64,000 bases of DNA from Pristiophorus japonicus (lineage: Eukaryota): contig NC_091979.1 of NCBI RefSeq assembly GCF_044704955.1, positions 162,502,001 through 162,566,000 of the forward strand, in the 5' to 3' direction. Below are positions 37,463-51,194 of this stretch, in pieces. A program made the translations under genes and the position numbers. The notes beneath the pieces were generated by a model. That model searched no databases and was not told the origin of the DNA. It saw only the letters and a list, made by a program, of their open reading frames with translations. Every line of letters starts with the position of its first letter. Within the stretch, counting starts at the first letter, position 1.

Positions 37463-40443
37463 TTGCAGGGGGATGGGAACCTATGCAGGGAGACAGAGGG
37501 AGACAAAAATGAGGCAAAAGCAAAAGACAGAAAGGAGATGAGGAAAAGTGGAGGGCAGAGAAACCCAAGGCAAAGAACAAAAAGGGCCACTGTACAGCAA
37601 AATTCTAGAAGGACAAAGGGTGTTAAAAAAGCAAGCCTGAAGGCTTTGTGTCTTAATGCAAGGAGTATCCGCAATAAGGTGGATGAATTAACTGTGCAAA
37701 TAGATGTTAACAAATATGATGTGATTGGGATTACGGAGACGTGGCTCCAGGATGATCAGGGCTGGTAACTCAACATCCAGGGGTATTCAACATTCAGGAA
37801 GGATAGAATAAAAGGAAAAGGAGGTGGGGTAGCATTGCTGGTTAAAGAGGAGATTAATGCAATAGTTAGGAAAGACATTAGCTTGGATGATGTGGAATCT
37901 ATATGGGTAGAGCTGCAGAACACTAAAGGGCAAAAATCGTTAGTGGGAGTTGTGTACAGACCTCCAAACAGTAGTAGTGATGTTGGGGAGGGCATCAAGC
38001 AGGAAATTAGGAGTGCATGCAATAAAGGTGCAGCAGTTATAATGGGTGACTTTAATATGCACATCGATTGGGCTAGCCAAACTGGAAGCAATACAGTGGA
38101 GGAGGATTTCCTGGAGTGCATAAGGGATGGTTTTCTAGACCAATATGTCGAGGAACCAACTAGGGGGGAGGCCATCTTAGACTGGGTGTGGTGTAATGAG
38201 AGAGGATTAATTAGCAATCTCATTGTGCGAGGCCCCTTGGGGAAGAGTGACCATAACATGGTGGAATTCTGCATTAGGATGGAGAATGAAACAGTTAATT
38301 CAGAGACCATGGTCCAGAACTTAAAGAAGGGTAACTTTGAAGGTATGAGGCATGAATTGGCTAAGATAGATTGGCTAATGATACTTAAGGGGTTGACTGT
38401 GGATGGGCAATGGCAGACATTTAGAGACCGCATGGATGAATTACAACAATTGTACATTCCTGTCTGGCGTAAAAATAAAAAAGGGAAGGTGGCTCAACCG
38501 TGGCTATCTAGGGAAATCAGGGATAGTATTAAAGCCAAGGAAATGGCATACAAATTGGCCAGAAATAGCAGCGAACCTGGGGACTGGGAGAAATTAGGAA
38601 CTCAGCAGAGGAGGACAAAGGGTTTGATTAGGGAAGGGAAAATGGAGTACGAGAAGAAGCTTGCAGGGAACATTAAGGCGGATTGCAAAAGTTTCTATAG
38701 GTATGTAAAGAGAAAAAGGTTAGTAAAGACAAACGTAGGTCCCCTGCAGTCAGAATCAGGGGAAGTCATAACAGGGAACAAAGAAATGGCAGACCAATTG
38801 AACAAGTACTTTGGTTCAGTATTCACTAAGGAGGATACAAATAACCTTCCGGATATAAAAGTGGTCAGAGGGTCTAGTAAGGAGGAGGAACTGAGGGAAA
38901 TCTTTATTAGTCGGGAAATTGTGTTGGGGAAATTGATGGGATTGAAGGCCGATAAATCCCCAGGGCCTGATGGACTGCATCCCAGAGTAGTTAAGGAGGT
39001 GGCCTTGGAAATAGCGGATGCATTGACAGTCATTTTCCAACATTCCATTGACTCTGGATCAGTTCCTATTGAGTGGAGGTAGCCAATGTAACCCCACTTT
39101 TTAAAAAAGGAGGGAGATAGAAAGCAGGGAATTATAGACCGGTCAGCCTGACCTCAGTAGTGGGTAAAATGATGGAATCAATTATGAAGGATGTCATAGC
39201 AGCGCATTTGGAAAATGGTGACACGATAGGTCCAAGTCAGCATGGATTTGTGAAAGGGAGATCATGCTTGACAAATCTTCTGGAATTTTTTGAGGATGTT
39301 TACAATAAAGTGGACAAAGGAGTACCAGTTGATGTGGTATATTTGGACTTTCAGAAGGCTTTCGACAAGGTCCCACACAGGAGATTAATGTGCAAAGTTA
39401 AAGCACATGAGATTGGGGGTAGTGTGCTGACGTGGATTGAGAACTGGTTGTCAGACAGGAAGCAAAGAGTAGGAGTAAATGGGTACTTTTCGGAATGGCA
39501 GGCAGTGACTAGTGGGGTACCGCAGGGTTCTGTGCTGGGGCCCCAGCTGTTCACATTGTACATTAATGATTTAGACGAGGGGATTAAATGTAGTATCTCC
39601 AAATTTGCGGATGACACTAAGTTGGGTGGCAGTGTGAGCTGCGAGGAGCATGCTATGAGGCTGCAGAGTGACTTGGATAGGTTAGGTGAGTGGGCAAATG
39701 CGTGGCAGATGAAGTATAATGTGGATAAATGTGAGGTTATCCACTTTGGTGGTAAAAACAGAGAGACAGACTATTATCTGAATGGTGACAGATTAGGAAA
39801 AGGGGAGGTGCAACGAGACCTGGGTGTCATGGTACATCAATCATTGAAGGTTGGCATGCAGGTACAGCAGGCGGTTAAGAAAGCAAATGGCATGTTGGCC
39901 TTCATAGCGAGGGGATTTGAGTACAGGGGCAGGGAGGTGTTGCTACAGTTGTACAGGGCCTTGGTGAGGCCACACCTGGAGTATTGTGTACAGTTTTGGT
40001 CTCCTAACTTGAGGAAGGACATTCTTGCTATTGAGGGAGTGCAGCGAAGATTCACCAGACTGATTCCCGGGATGGTGGGACTGACTTATCAAGAAAGACT
40101 GGATCAACTGGGCTTGTATTCACTGGAGTTCAGAAGAGTGAGAGGGGACCTCATAGAAACGTTTAAAATTCTGACGGGTTTGGACAGGTTGGATGCAGGA
40201 AGAATGTTCCCAATGTTGGGGAAGTCCAGAACCAGGGGTCACAGTCTAAGGATAAGGGGTAAGCCATTTAGGACCGAGATAAGGAGAAACTTCTTCACCC
40301 AGAGAGTGGTGAACCTGTGGAATTCTCTACCACAGAAAGTAGTTGAGGCCAATTCACTAAATATATTCAAAATGGAGTTAGATGAAGTCCTTACTACTCG
40401 GGGGATCAAGGGGTATGCCGTGAAAGCAGGAAGGGGGTACTGA
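37463..40443 (+). pseudogene. CR1 ORF2 (endonuclease and reverse transcriptase)
   Basis: LNARSI, GITETW, YRPP, GDFN, SDHN; RT motifs GVPQGSVLGP, FADD; stop at 37766-37768, frameshift near 39079, stop at 39118-39120. Confidence 0.95.
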
Positions 40444-41257
40444 AGTTTCATGTTCAGCCATGAACTCATTGAATGGCGGTGCACGCTAGAAGGGCTGAAT
40501 GGCCTGCTCCTGCACCTATTTTCTATGTTTCTATGTTTTTATGTTTTAACTCTGACCATGGTAATCTGTCCCTCCTTATCCTCCTCACCCTGTCTGCAGC
40601 CTTTGACACGGTTGACCACACCATCCTCCTGAAATGCCTCTCCTCCATCATCCAGCTGTGTGGGGCTTCATTCACCTGCTTCCATTCGTATCTATCCAGT
40701 CATAGCCAGAGAATTACATTCAATGGTTTCTCTTCCTGCCCCACACCATTACCTGTGGTTACCCGCAATGATCTATCCTTGGCCTCCCTCTATTTCTCAT
40801 CTACGTTGTACCCCTCAACGACATCTTGCAAAACATCAGGTTCCACATGTACTCTGATGATACCCAATTCTACCTCACCACCACCACTCTTGACCCATCC
40901 ACTATCTCTAATTCGTCACATTGCTTGTCCAACATCCAGTACGGGATGAGCAGAAATTTCCTTCAACTAACTATTGTGAAGACGAAAGCCAACGTCTTCA
41001 GTCCCCGCCACACTCCATTCCCTCACCACCGACTCCGTCCCTCTACCTTGCAACCGTCTGAGGGTGTTTGCAACATTGGCCAATCTTTTCACTTCTCCAC
41101 CTCACTTTCCTTCTTTAAGGCACTCCTTAAAATCTTCCTCTTTCACCAAACTTTTGGTGATATGACCTAATGTGGCTTGACGTCAGATTTTGTTTGAAAC
41201 TGCTCTAATGAAACAACTTGGTACATTTTACTATGTTAATTGAACTCTGTAAATATC

Positions 41258-42316
41258 AACCTTCGCCGACTCCAGACTAGATCCAAAACCAGCGTAACCT
41301 CTGTCATCGAGCTACAGTACGCGGACGACGCCTGTGTCTGCTAACACACTGAGGCTAAACTCCAGGACATACTCGACGTATTTACTGAAGCGTACAAAAG
41401 CATGGGCCTTGCGCAAAACATCAGTAAGACAAAGGTCCTCCACCAGCCCGTCCTCACAGCTCTGCATTGCCCCCCAGTCATCAAGATTCACGGCGGATCC
41501 CTGGACAACGTGAACCACTTCCCTTATCTCGGGCACCTCCTATCAACAAGAGCAGGCATTGATGATGAGATCCAACACCGCCTCCTATGCGCCAGTGCAG
41601 CCTTCAGCCACCTGAGGAAAAGAGGTTTTGAAGACCAGGCCCTCAAAACTGTCACCAAGCTCATGGTCTATAGGGCTGTAGTAATACCCGCCCTTCTGCA
41701 TGGCTCAAAAACATGGACCATGTACAGTAGACACCTCAAGTCGCTGGAGAAATACCACCAATGATGTCTCCGCAAGATCCTACAAATCCCCTGGGAGGAC
41801 AGATGCACCAACGTTAGCGTCCTCGACCAGGCCAGCAACCCCAGCATTAACGCACTGACCACACGTGATCCACTTCGCTAGGCAGGCCACATAGTTCGCA
41901 TGACAGACACGAGACTCTCAAAGCAAGCGCTCTGCTCGCAACTCCTTCACGGCAAACGAGCCAAAGGTGAGCAGTGAAAACGTTACAAGGACACCCTCAA
42001 AGCCTCCCTGATAAAGTGCAACATCCCCACTGACACCTGGGAGTCCCTGGCCAATGACTTGCCCGAAGTAGAGGAAGTGCATCCGGAAGGCCGCTGAGCT
42101 CCTTGAGTCTCGTCACCGAGAGCATGCAGAAATCAAGCGCAGGCAGCGGAAAGAGCGTGCGGCAAACCAGTCCCACCCACCCCTTCCCTCAGCGACTATT
42201 TGTCCCACCTGTGACAGAGACTGTGGTTCTCATATTGTTCTGTACAGCAACCTAAGAACTCATGTTAAGAGTGGAAGCAAGTCTTCCTCAATTCCGAGGG
42301 ACTGCCTATGATGATG
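41258..42316 (+). mobile_element. RTE LINE fragment (spacer 5)
   Basis: ORF 41402-41764 ...IPALLHGSKTWTMYSRHLKSLEKYHQ. Confidence 0.9.
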
Positions 42317-44095
42317 ATAAATACCAGTTGTTGTTGTTGTGTAACTGCCTAGTTCTTCTTGCAAATGGCCAAGGTAAAGCCATACATAGCGAGAGCATCT
42401 CGCATAGATTGTACACAGCTGTTTGAGTTTAGTTTCTAGATTGTGCCAGTGCTCCCTCTCAAAATCCTTCATACAATGATATCATGGCAGGCATCAATCT
42501 GCTGATACTATTTCCTTCACGTGCAGTCAACTTGTGGGTGCAGTTTATTAACATTAATAACACACCATGTATTTCAAACCGAGTCTTGCATATAAATGTA
42601 CTGCACCCTTTTTTGTTTTAAATGTCAGGACAATTAATAGGAATATTAGAATAGAATAGAATAGAAAGTTAATGTGCTGAAAACGGCGATAGGGATCGAA
42701 TGGAGCTTTTAGCTGTGTTTATCCTGAGGTCAAAGGTTAAAGGCATGATAGGTATCTAGGTCCCCTTGGAAAAAGAGGTTGTAAAGGACTAGGAAATAAT
42801 ACATTTTAGCCAAACCTTATGTGATCGGACACCGTTCTCCCATCTCCAGCCTCTACGATCTCTAATATTCCGGTACTGTCTTTCTCATGTAACTGAGGTT
42901 GGCTGAATACTGTGGAGTGTTGCTTGATCATCATTCGGAAGTACGGAGTGTTTATGCAGAAACTTGCCTCAGAATAATCAAGAGTTTGGATTAGCTTGTA
43001 CAGAGTCTGTGGAAGGAATGGGTTTGATCATCCACGTGGACTCTTCTCTTTTCGTGTTTTTCATGCTCTCAATGTTTGGCAAGAAGAGACACTGCTTTAT
43101 TATTGTATTTATTTATGTTCTTGGGCTGCATATGAATTATGGCTGAAAAGATGAATAGTGGATGACTTTCTCCAGGTCTAACAGAGATCCAAAATATCGC
43201 TGTAATTTCCCAATCATCACTCAACCTTTCCAAAGATCACTGTACTTTCCCATAGAACATTACATGTTCACAGAAAACACTGTATATTCCCAGAGTTCAC
43301 TGTATTTTCCCAGAGAACAATATATATTTCCCAGAGATCACTGTATTTATCTAGAGAATACTGTACATTCCCAGGAAACACTGTATATTCCCAGACATTA
43401 TTGTATTTTTCCAGACAATACTGTATATTGCCAGAGAATAGTGTACATTCCCAGAAAACCGTGTATATATCCAGAGATCATTGCATTCCCCACAGTTCAC
43501 TGCATTTCCCCACAGTTCACTGTAATTTCCCAGAGAACACTGGCATGTCCTGTTAATTGAGGAACAGCCCAGTTTTGTTTTGTGCTCCCTTACAGCAGCG
43601 CAACTTGGATTGGGAACAAGGCTGAGGATTGTAGCTGTGATAATTTGGCACCGAACCTCTGCTGGATTAACGTGAACCTTATATGAATTGGAAAAAGTAG
43701 AAAACTCTTGAAAAATAGATAAGACCCATTTATTATTGTTCCTTGTTCATGTCACTGACCTGAGGAAGGTCACATCAACACAGATTATGAGACTTTCATT
43801 AAAAATATGACTGAGGTTGAAATCCCAGATGAATCCAGTTGCAGTGTCGAGATTGATTTGGTGAATAATGTAAATGTGCACGTTACCCAACTAAGCACAA
43901 TAACAGAACCTCCTGTGCTTCATAGATTAGGGTTGAAAATTCAACATGAGACTCGAACTTAGAAATTTTCTTGAGATTTCTATTGATTGCCACACAAAAC
44001 AAAAATAAGTCAATAAAGATGTCGGTAAAGTCGAGAATATTTTATTATTTTCAAAAATATTCCAGTCAGAAAATATCGTGTTTTACAAGAACAAT

Positions 44096-45275
44096 CTAGA
44101 AGTCCCTCATTCGCCTGAAAGATCCGACAGTTGAGTTGTAGCCGCCCCAGTCACTGAATCTCCTGTATTCACCGGGTCTCATGAAGTACTGGCGACCTCT
44201 GTAGTTGGGCTGTTCATAGAAGGTCCAGTAACCGTCCATCACATGGCAGGAGTGAATGTCACGGTAACGGAAACGATCGTAGACAGATGGACAGTCATCC
44301 ATGAATTCCATCATCTGTCCTCCAAAGTCAGGCCTCTCGTAAATCCTCATTCTGTAGTTTCCACCTCGGTACTGGAATAGAAATACAATCATTCGTTTGA
44401 TGAAGCTATAAATCTTGAGTATTTAGAAAAACAGCCTTCTGCTGAGAAGGGAGCAGATGATGTTTGTGAACAGCAATAGACAGTTCAGTAACATGTATTG
44501 GATGAGCTGATCAGATGCTAACTGACATCACCATGTGGTTCTTGTGTAAATTGTTACAGAAAGCCAGAGAAATGCACCAGCAAATTCAGGACTGATTCTT
44601 GTCATAAAGAGCTCTCTGGTTGGGAACGATTTTACAAAAGGCTCCATATGATGATGTTATTAACGAGGGACATTTCAAAACTTCTGTTGATCCAGTTGAC
44701 TATATTCGTGGCTTATTACTAGAGTGCTGCTCCTTTGTAATTTGACAGTGACATTTTATAACAGCAAATTTGGACTGATTCTACTTGACTCATAGAGAGA
44801 GGAGATTACTTCATGTCAGTAAAAGTTTGATAGAAGTATTGTTTGAACTGAGGTTTCAGTAAGAGTGATGCTTGAGGCAGGTTTTTCTTTGTTTAATTTG
44901 TTAAACATTTAATGATAACTTACGTATGGGTAGGTACGACATGACCTGATGTTGTCATTGAATCCCATCCAGCGTTGGTAGTCAGGATATTCTCCCCTGC
45001 TCAGAACATACTGGTATCCCATGTAATTGGGTCTCTCATACAGCACCCACCAGTCACTCTCCACACGGATGGAGTTACAGCGGCTGAAGTAAGGGGACAG
45101 GTCAGCACAGTCAGTATTGCACTCGTAGTGCCGGCCCTGGAAGTTCCTGTCCTCGTAAAAGATGATCTGTGGAAAGATAGAGATTTGTAAATTAATAAAT
45201 TCTCAAAACTAGGAGATACTGAATGAAGAATTCTAATACAATGTGTAATATCTGAGATGTCCTTGCCTTTCCCAT
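44096..45275 (-). CDS. cryg: Gamma-crystallin copy 6; exons 45267-45275, 44924-45166, 44096-44371
   Basis: Exon 2 read by hand (no minus-strand ORF in the track) and is open; variants WWVLY, TYPY, YWTF. Confidence 0.96.
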
Positions 45276-45581
45276 TTTGAGCTCACAGTTAGCTTCGTAA
45301 CTGACTGAATGTTTCACTGCTTCACACAGCTTGGTATTTATACACTGGGCAGAAAGGACTCTCTGGGCTGTACTTTTGTGATTCTAATGATTCAGGAATG
45401 AAAATCAGCAAAAATCGACAAAGCATTCCATTTATTGTAGAAAAACACCTGAAAGACTCCTGCTACGTAATTGATTCTTTCCCTTTTGTCTTCATGTCAA
45501 GTTAATTATTGTTTGAATATAACAGTTCTGGAACAGTCATGGCTTGAAATGACTCAGCTCTGTTTCAATAGTTTGGTGTTT

Positions 45582-46866
45582 GCCTCCACTCCCCTCATCT
45601 CCAACAACATGTGCGAGCGGCTAAAATTGAAGAGATAGGTTCAGTTTTGTCTGCCGCTTCCCTCCCTCCCCCAGCCCACTGTCCAAAATTTGATTGCAGT
45701 TCCCCTGCCCTAGCCCTGAACTCACATTTTCTCTAGTTTCTCTCCTGTCTCCCCTCATGCCCGTTCCATGCTCATCTTTCCCATGTGACCCACTTACAGC
45801 TCACTTGACCCAATACCAACAAACTGCTGACCACCCAACTTCCCTTCCTGGCTTTATGTCGGCTGATATTGTTAACGATTCTCTCTCCTCAAGTACTGCC
45901 TGCTCCCATTCAAATCTACTATCATCATCCTCCTCTTCAAACAACCATCCCTGACCCCTCTGCTAATGCAAACTACCACCCCACCTCTAACCTCCCTTTC
46001 CTCTCCAAAGTCTTTGAATGTGCTGTTGCTTCCCAAATCCGTGACCAAATTTCCTGGAAGTCCATGTTTGAATCCCTCTAATCAGGTTTTCACCCTGGCA
46101 CAGGACTGAAACGGCCCTTATCAAAGTCACAAATGACATTCTATGTAAGTCTGACCATGGTAATCTGTCCCTCCTCATCCTCCTCACCCTGTCTGCAGCC
46201 TTTGACACGGTTGACCACACCATCCTCCTGAAATGCCTCTCCTCCATCATCCAGCTGGGTGGGGCTTCATTCACCTGCTTCCATTCGTATCTATCCAGTC
46301 ATAGCCAGAGAATTACATTCAATGGTTTCTCTTCCTGCCCCACACCATTACCTGTGGTTACCCGCAATGATCTATCCTTGGCCTCCCTCTATTTCTCATC
46401 TACGTTGTACCCCTCAACGACATCTTGCAAAACATCAGGTTCCACATGTACTCTGATGATACCCAATTCTACCTCACCACCACCACTCTTGACCCATCCA
46501 CTATCTCTAATTCGTCACATTGCTTGTCCAACATCCAGTACGGGATGAGCAGAAATTTCCTTCAACTAACTATTGTGAAGACGAAAGCCAACGTCTTCAT
46601 TCCCCGCCACACTCCATTCCCTCACCACCGACTCCGTCCCTCTACCTTGCAACTGTCTGAGGGTGTTTGCAACATTGGCCAATCTTTCCACTTCTCTACC
46701 TCACTTTCCTTCTTTAAGGCACTCCTTAAAATCTACCTCTTTCACCAAACTTTTGGTGATATGACCTAATATTTCCTTATGTGGCATGACGTCAGATTTT
46801 GTTTGAAACTGCTCTTATGAAACAACTTGGTACATTTTACTATGTTAATTGAACTCTGTAAATATC
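45582..46866 (+). mobile_element. L2 LINE fragment (spacer 6)
   Basis: Paralogous to 12787-14129, with the deletions shared with spacer 5. Confidence 0.85.
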
Positions 46867-47925
46867 AACCTTCGCCGACTCCAGACTAGATCCAAAACCA
46901 ACGTAACCTCTGTCGTCGAGCTACAGTACGCGGACGACGCCTGTGTCTGCTAACAGACAGAGGCTAAACTCCAGGACATACTCGACGTATTTACTGAAGC
47001 GTACAAAAGCATGGGCCTTGCGCAAAACATCAGTAAGACAAAGGTCCTCCACCAGCCCGTCCTCACAGCCCAGCATTGCCCCCCACTCATCAAGATTCAC
47101 GGCGGAGCCCTGGACAACGTGAACCACTTCCCTTATCTCGGGCACCTCCTATCAACAAGAGCAGGCAGTGGTGATGAGATCCAACACCGCCTCCAAAGCG
47201 CCAGTGCAGTCTTCGGCCACCTGAGGAAAAGAGGTTTTGAAGACCAGGCCCTCAAAACTGTCACCAAGCTCATGGTCTATAGGGCTGTAGTAATACCCGC
47301 CCTTCTGCATGGCTCAAAAACATGGACCATGTACAGTAGACACCTCAAGTCGCTGGAGAAATACCACCAATGATGTCTCCGCAAGATCCTATAAATCCCC
47401 TGGGAGGACAGATGCACCAACGTTAGCGTCCTCGACCAGGCCAGCAACTCCAGCATTAACGCACTGACCACACGTGATCCACTTCGCTAGGCAGGCCACA
47501 TAGTTCGCATGACAGACACGAGACTCTCAATGCAAGCGCTCTGCTCGCAACTCCTTCACGGCAAACGAGCCAAAGGTGAGCAGTGAAAACGTTACAAGGA
47601 CACACTCAAAGCCTCCCTGATAAATTGCAACATCCCCACTGACACCTGGGAGTCCCTGGCCAATGACTTGCCCGAAGTAGAGGAAGTGCATCCGGAAGGC
47701 CGCTGAGCTCCTCGAGTCTCGTCACCGAGAGCATGCAGAAATCAAGCGTAGGCAGCGGAAAGAGCGTGCGGCAAACCAGTCCCACCCACCCCTTCCCTCA
47801 GCGACTATTTGTCCCACCTGTGACAGAGACTGTGGTTCTCATATTGTTCTGTACAGCAACCTAAGAACTCATGTTAAGAGTGGAAGCAAGTCTTCCTCAA
47901 TTCCGAGGGATTGCCTATGATGATG
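46867..47925 (+). mobile_element. RTE LINE fragment (spacer 6)
   Basis: ORF 47011-47373. Confidence 0.9.
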
Positions 47926-49708
47926 ATAAATACCAGTTGTTGTTGTTGTGTAACTGCCTAGTTCTTCTTGCAAACGGCCAAGGTAAAGACATACATAGCG
48001 AGAGCATCTCGCATAGATTGTACACAGCTGTTTGAGTTTAGTTTCTAGATTGTGCCAGTGCTCCCTCTCAAAATCCTTCATGCAATGATATCATGGCAGG
48101 CATCAATCTGCTGATACGATTTCCTTCACGTGCAGCCAACTTGTGGGTGCAGTTTATTAACATTAATAACACACCATGTATTTCAAACCGAGTCTTGCAT
48201 ATAAATGTACTGCACCCTTTTTTGTTTTAAATGTCAGGACAATTAATAGGAATATTAGAATAGGTAAGAGAACAATAGAAAGTTAATATGCTGAAAACGG
48301 CGATAGGGATCGAATGGAGCTTTTAGCTGTGTTTATCCTGAGGTCAAAGGTTAAAGGCATGATAGGTATCTAGGTCCCCTTGGAAAAAGAGGTTGGTAAA
48401 GGACTAGGAAATAATACATTTTAGCCAAAACTTATGTGATCGGACACCGTTCTCCCATCTCTAACCTCTACGATCTCTAATATCTTTCTCATGTAACTGA
48501 GGTTGGTTGAATACTGTGGAGTGTTGCTTGATCATCATTCGGAAGTACGGAGTGTTTATGCAGAAATTTGCCTCAGAATAATCAAGAGTTTGGATTAGCT
48601 TGTACAGAGTCTGTGGAAGGAATGGGTTTGATCATCCACATGGACTCTTCTCTTTTCGTGTTTTTCATGCTCTCAATGTTTGGCAAGAAGAGACACTGCT
48701 TTATTATTGTATTTATTTATGTTCTTGGGCTGCAGATGAATTATGGCTGAAAAGATGAATAGTGGATGACTTTCTCCAGGTCTAACAGAGATCCAAAATA
48801 TCGCTGTACTTTCCCAATCATCACTCAACCTTTCCAAAGATCACTGTACTTTCCCATAGAACATTACATGTTCACAGAAAACACTGTATATTCCCAGAGT
48901 TCACTGTATTTTCCCAGAGAACAATATATACTTCCCAGAGATCACAGTATTTATCTAGAGAATACTGTACATTCCCAGGAAACACTGTATATTCCCAGAC
49001 ATCACTGTATTTTTCCAGACAATACTGTATATTGCCAGAGAATAGTGTACATTCCCAGAAAACCGTGTATATATCCAGAGATCATTGCATTCCCCACAGT
49101 TCACTGCATTTCCCCACAGTTCACTGTAATTTCCCAGAGAACACTGGCATGTCCTGTTAATTGAGGAACAGCCCAGTTTTGTTTTGTGCTCCCTTACAGC
49201 AGCGCAACTTGGATTGGGAACAAGGCTGAGGATTGTAGCTGTGATAATTTGGCACCGAACCTCTGCTGGATTAACGCATAAATCGTGAACCTTATATGAA
49301 TTGGAAAAAGTAGAAAACTCTTGAAAAATAGATAAGACCCATTTATTATTGGTCCTTGTTCATGTCACTGACCTGAGGAAGGTCACATCAACACAGATTA
49401 TGAGACTTTCATTAAAAATATGACTGAGGTTGAAATCCCAGATGGATCCAGTTGCAGTGTCGAGATTGATTTGGTGAATAATGTAAATGTGCACGTTACC
49501 CAACCAAGCACAATAACAGAACCTCCTGTGCTTCATAGATTAGGGTTGAAAATTCAACATGAGACTCGAACTTAGAAATTTTCTTGAGATTTCTATTGAT
49601 TGCCACACAAAACAAAAATAAGTCAATAAAGATGTCGGTAAAGTCGAGAATATTTTATTATTTTCAAAAATATTCCAGTCAGAAAATATCGTGTTTTACA
49701 AGAACAAT

Positions 49709-50888
49709 CTAGAAGTCCCTCATTCGCCTGAAAGATCCGACAGTTGAGTTGTAGCCGCCCCAGTCACTGAATCTCCTGTATTCACCGGGTCTCATGAAGT
49801 ACTGGCGACCTCTGTAGTTGGGTTGTTCATAGAAGTTCCAGTAACCGTCCATCGCATGGCAGGAGTGAATGTCACGGTAACGGAAACGATCGTAGACAGA
49901 TGGACAGTCATCCATGAATTCCATCATCTGTCCTCCAAAGTCAGGCCTCTCGTAAATCCTCATTCTGTAGTTTCCACCTCGGTACTGGAATAGAAATACA
50001 ATCATTCGTTTGATGAAGCTATAAATCTTGAGTATTTAGAAAAACAGCCTCCTGCTGAGAAGGAAGCAGATGATGTTTGTGAACAGGAATAGACAGTTCA
50101 GTAACATGTATTGGATGAGCTGATCAGATGCTAACTGACATCACCATGTGGTTCTTGTGTAAATTGTTACAGAATGCCAGAGAAATGTACCAGAAAATTC
50201 AGGACTGATTCTTGTAATAAAGAGCTCTCTGGTTGGGAACGATTTTACAAAAGGCTCCATATGATGATGTTATTAACGAGGGACATTTCAAAACTTCTCT
50301 TGATCCAGTTGACTATATTCGTGGCTTATTACTAGAGTGCTGCTCCTTTGTAATTTGACAGTGACATTTTATAACAGCAAATTAGGACTGATTCTACTTG
50401 ACTCATAGAGAGAGGAGATTGCTTCATGTCAGTAAAAGTTTGATAGAAGTGTTGTTTGAACTGAGGTTTCAGTAAGAGTGATGCTTGAGGCAGGTTTTTC
50501 TTTGTTTAATTTGTTAAACATCAAATGATAACTTACGTATGGGTAGGTATGACATGACCTGATGTTGTCATTGAATCCCATCCAGCGCTGGTAGTCAGGA
50601 TATTCTCCCCTGCTCAGAACATACTGGTATCCCATGTAATTGGGTCGCTCATACCCCACCCACCAGTCACTCTCCACACGGATGGAAATACAGCGGCTGA
50701 AGTAAGAGGACAGGTCAGCACAGTCAGTATTGCACTCGTAGTGCCGACCCTGGAAGTTCCTGTCCTCATAAAAGATGATCTGTGGAAAGATAGAGGTTTG
50801 TAAATTAATAAATTCTCAACACTAGGAGATACTGAATGAAGAATTCTAATACAATGTGTAATATCTGAGATGTCCTTGCCTTTCCCAT
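49709..50888 (-). CDS. cryg: Gamma-crystallin copy 7; exons 50880-50888, 50537-50779, 49709-49984
   Basis: Open frame; private changes LSSYF, RCISI, SCHTY, CHAM. Confidence 0.95.
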
Positions 50889-51194
50889 TTTGAGCTCACA
50901 GTTAGCTTCGTAACTGACTGAATGTTTCACTGCTTCACACAGCTTGGTATTTATACACTGGGCAGAAAGGACTCTCTGGGCTGTACTTTTGTGATTCTAA
51001 TGATTCAGGAATGAAAATCAGCAAAAATCGACAATACGTTTAATTTATAGAAGGAAAATATCTGAAAGACTCCTGCTACGTAATTGATTCTTTCCCATTT
51101 GTCTTCACGTCAAGTTAATTATTGTTTGAGCATGACAGTTCTGGAACAGTCATGGCTTGAAATGACACAGCTCTATTTCAATAGTATGGGGTTT

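Larger units (their letters stand above)
36037..40546 (+). mobile_element. Full-length, disabled CR1 LINE
   Basis: 5' tandem monomers, ORF1 (zinc finger, leucine zipper, SGNH esterase), ORF2 (APE endonuclease, RT), (TTTCTATG)n tail; absent from the other spacers. Confidence 0.97.

Noticed and set aside
37756-38457. 233-aa antisense ORF, also at 60625-61326
   Set aside because: Shadow frame of the CR1 endonuclease region in two closely related copies; no independent support
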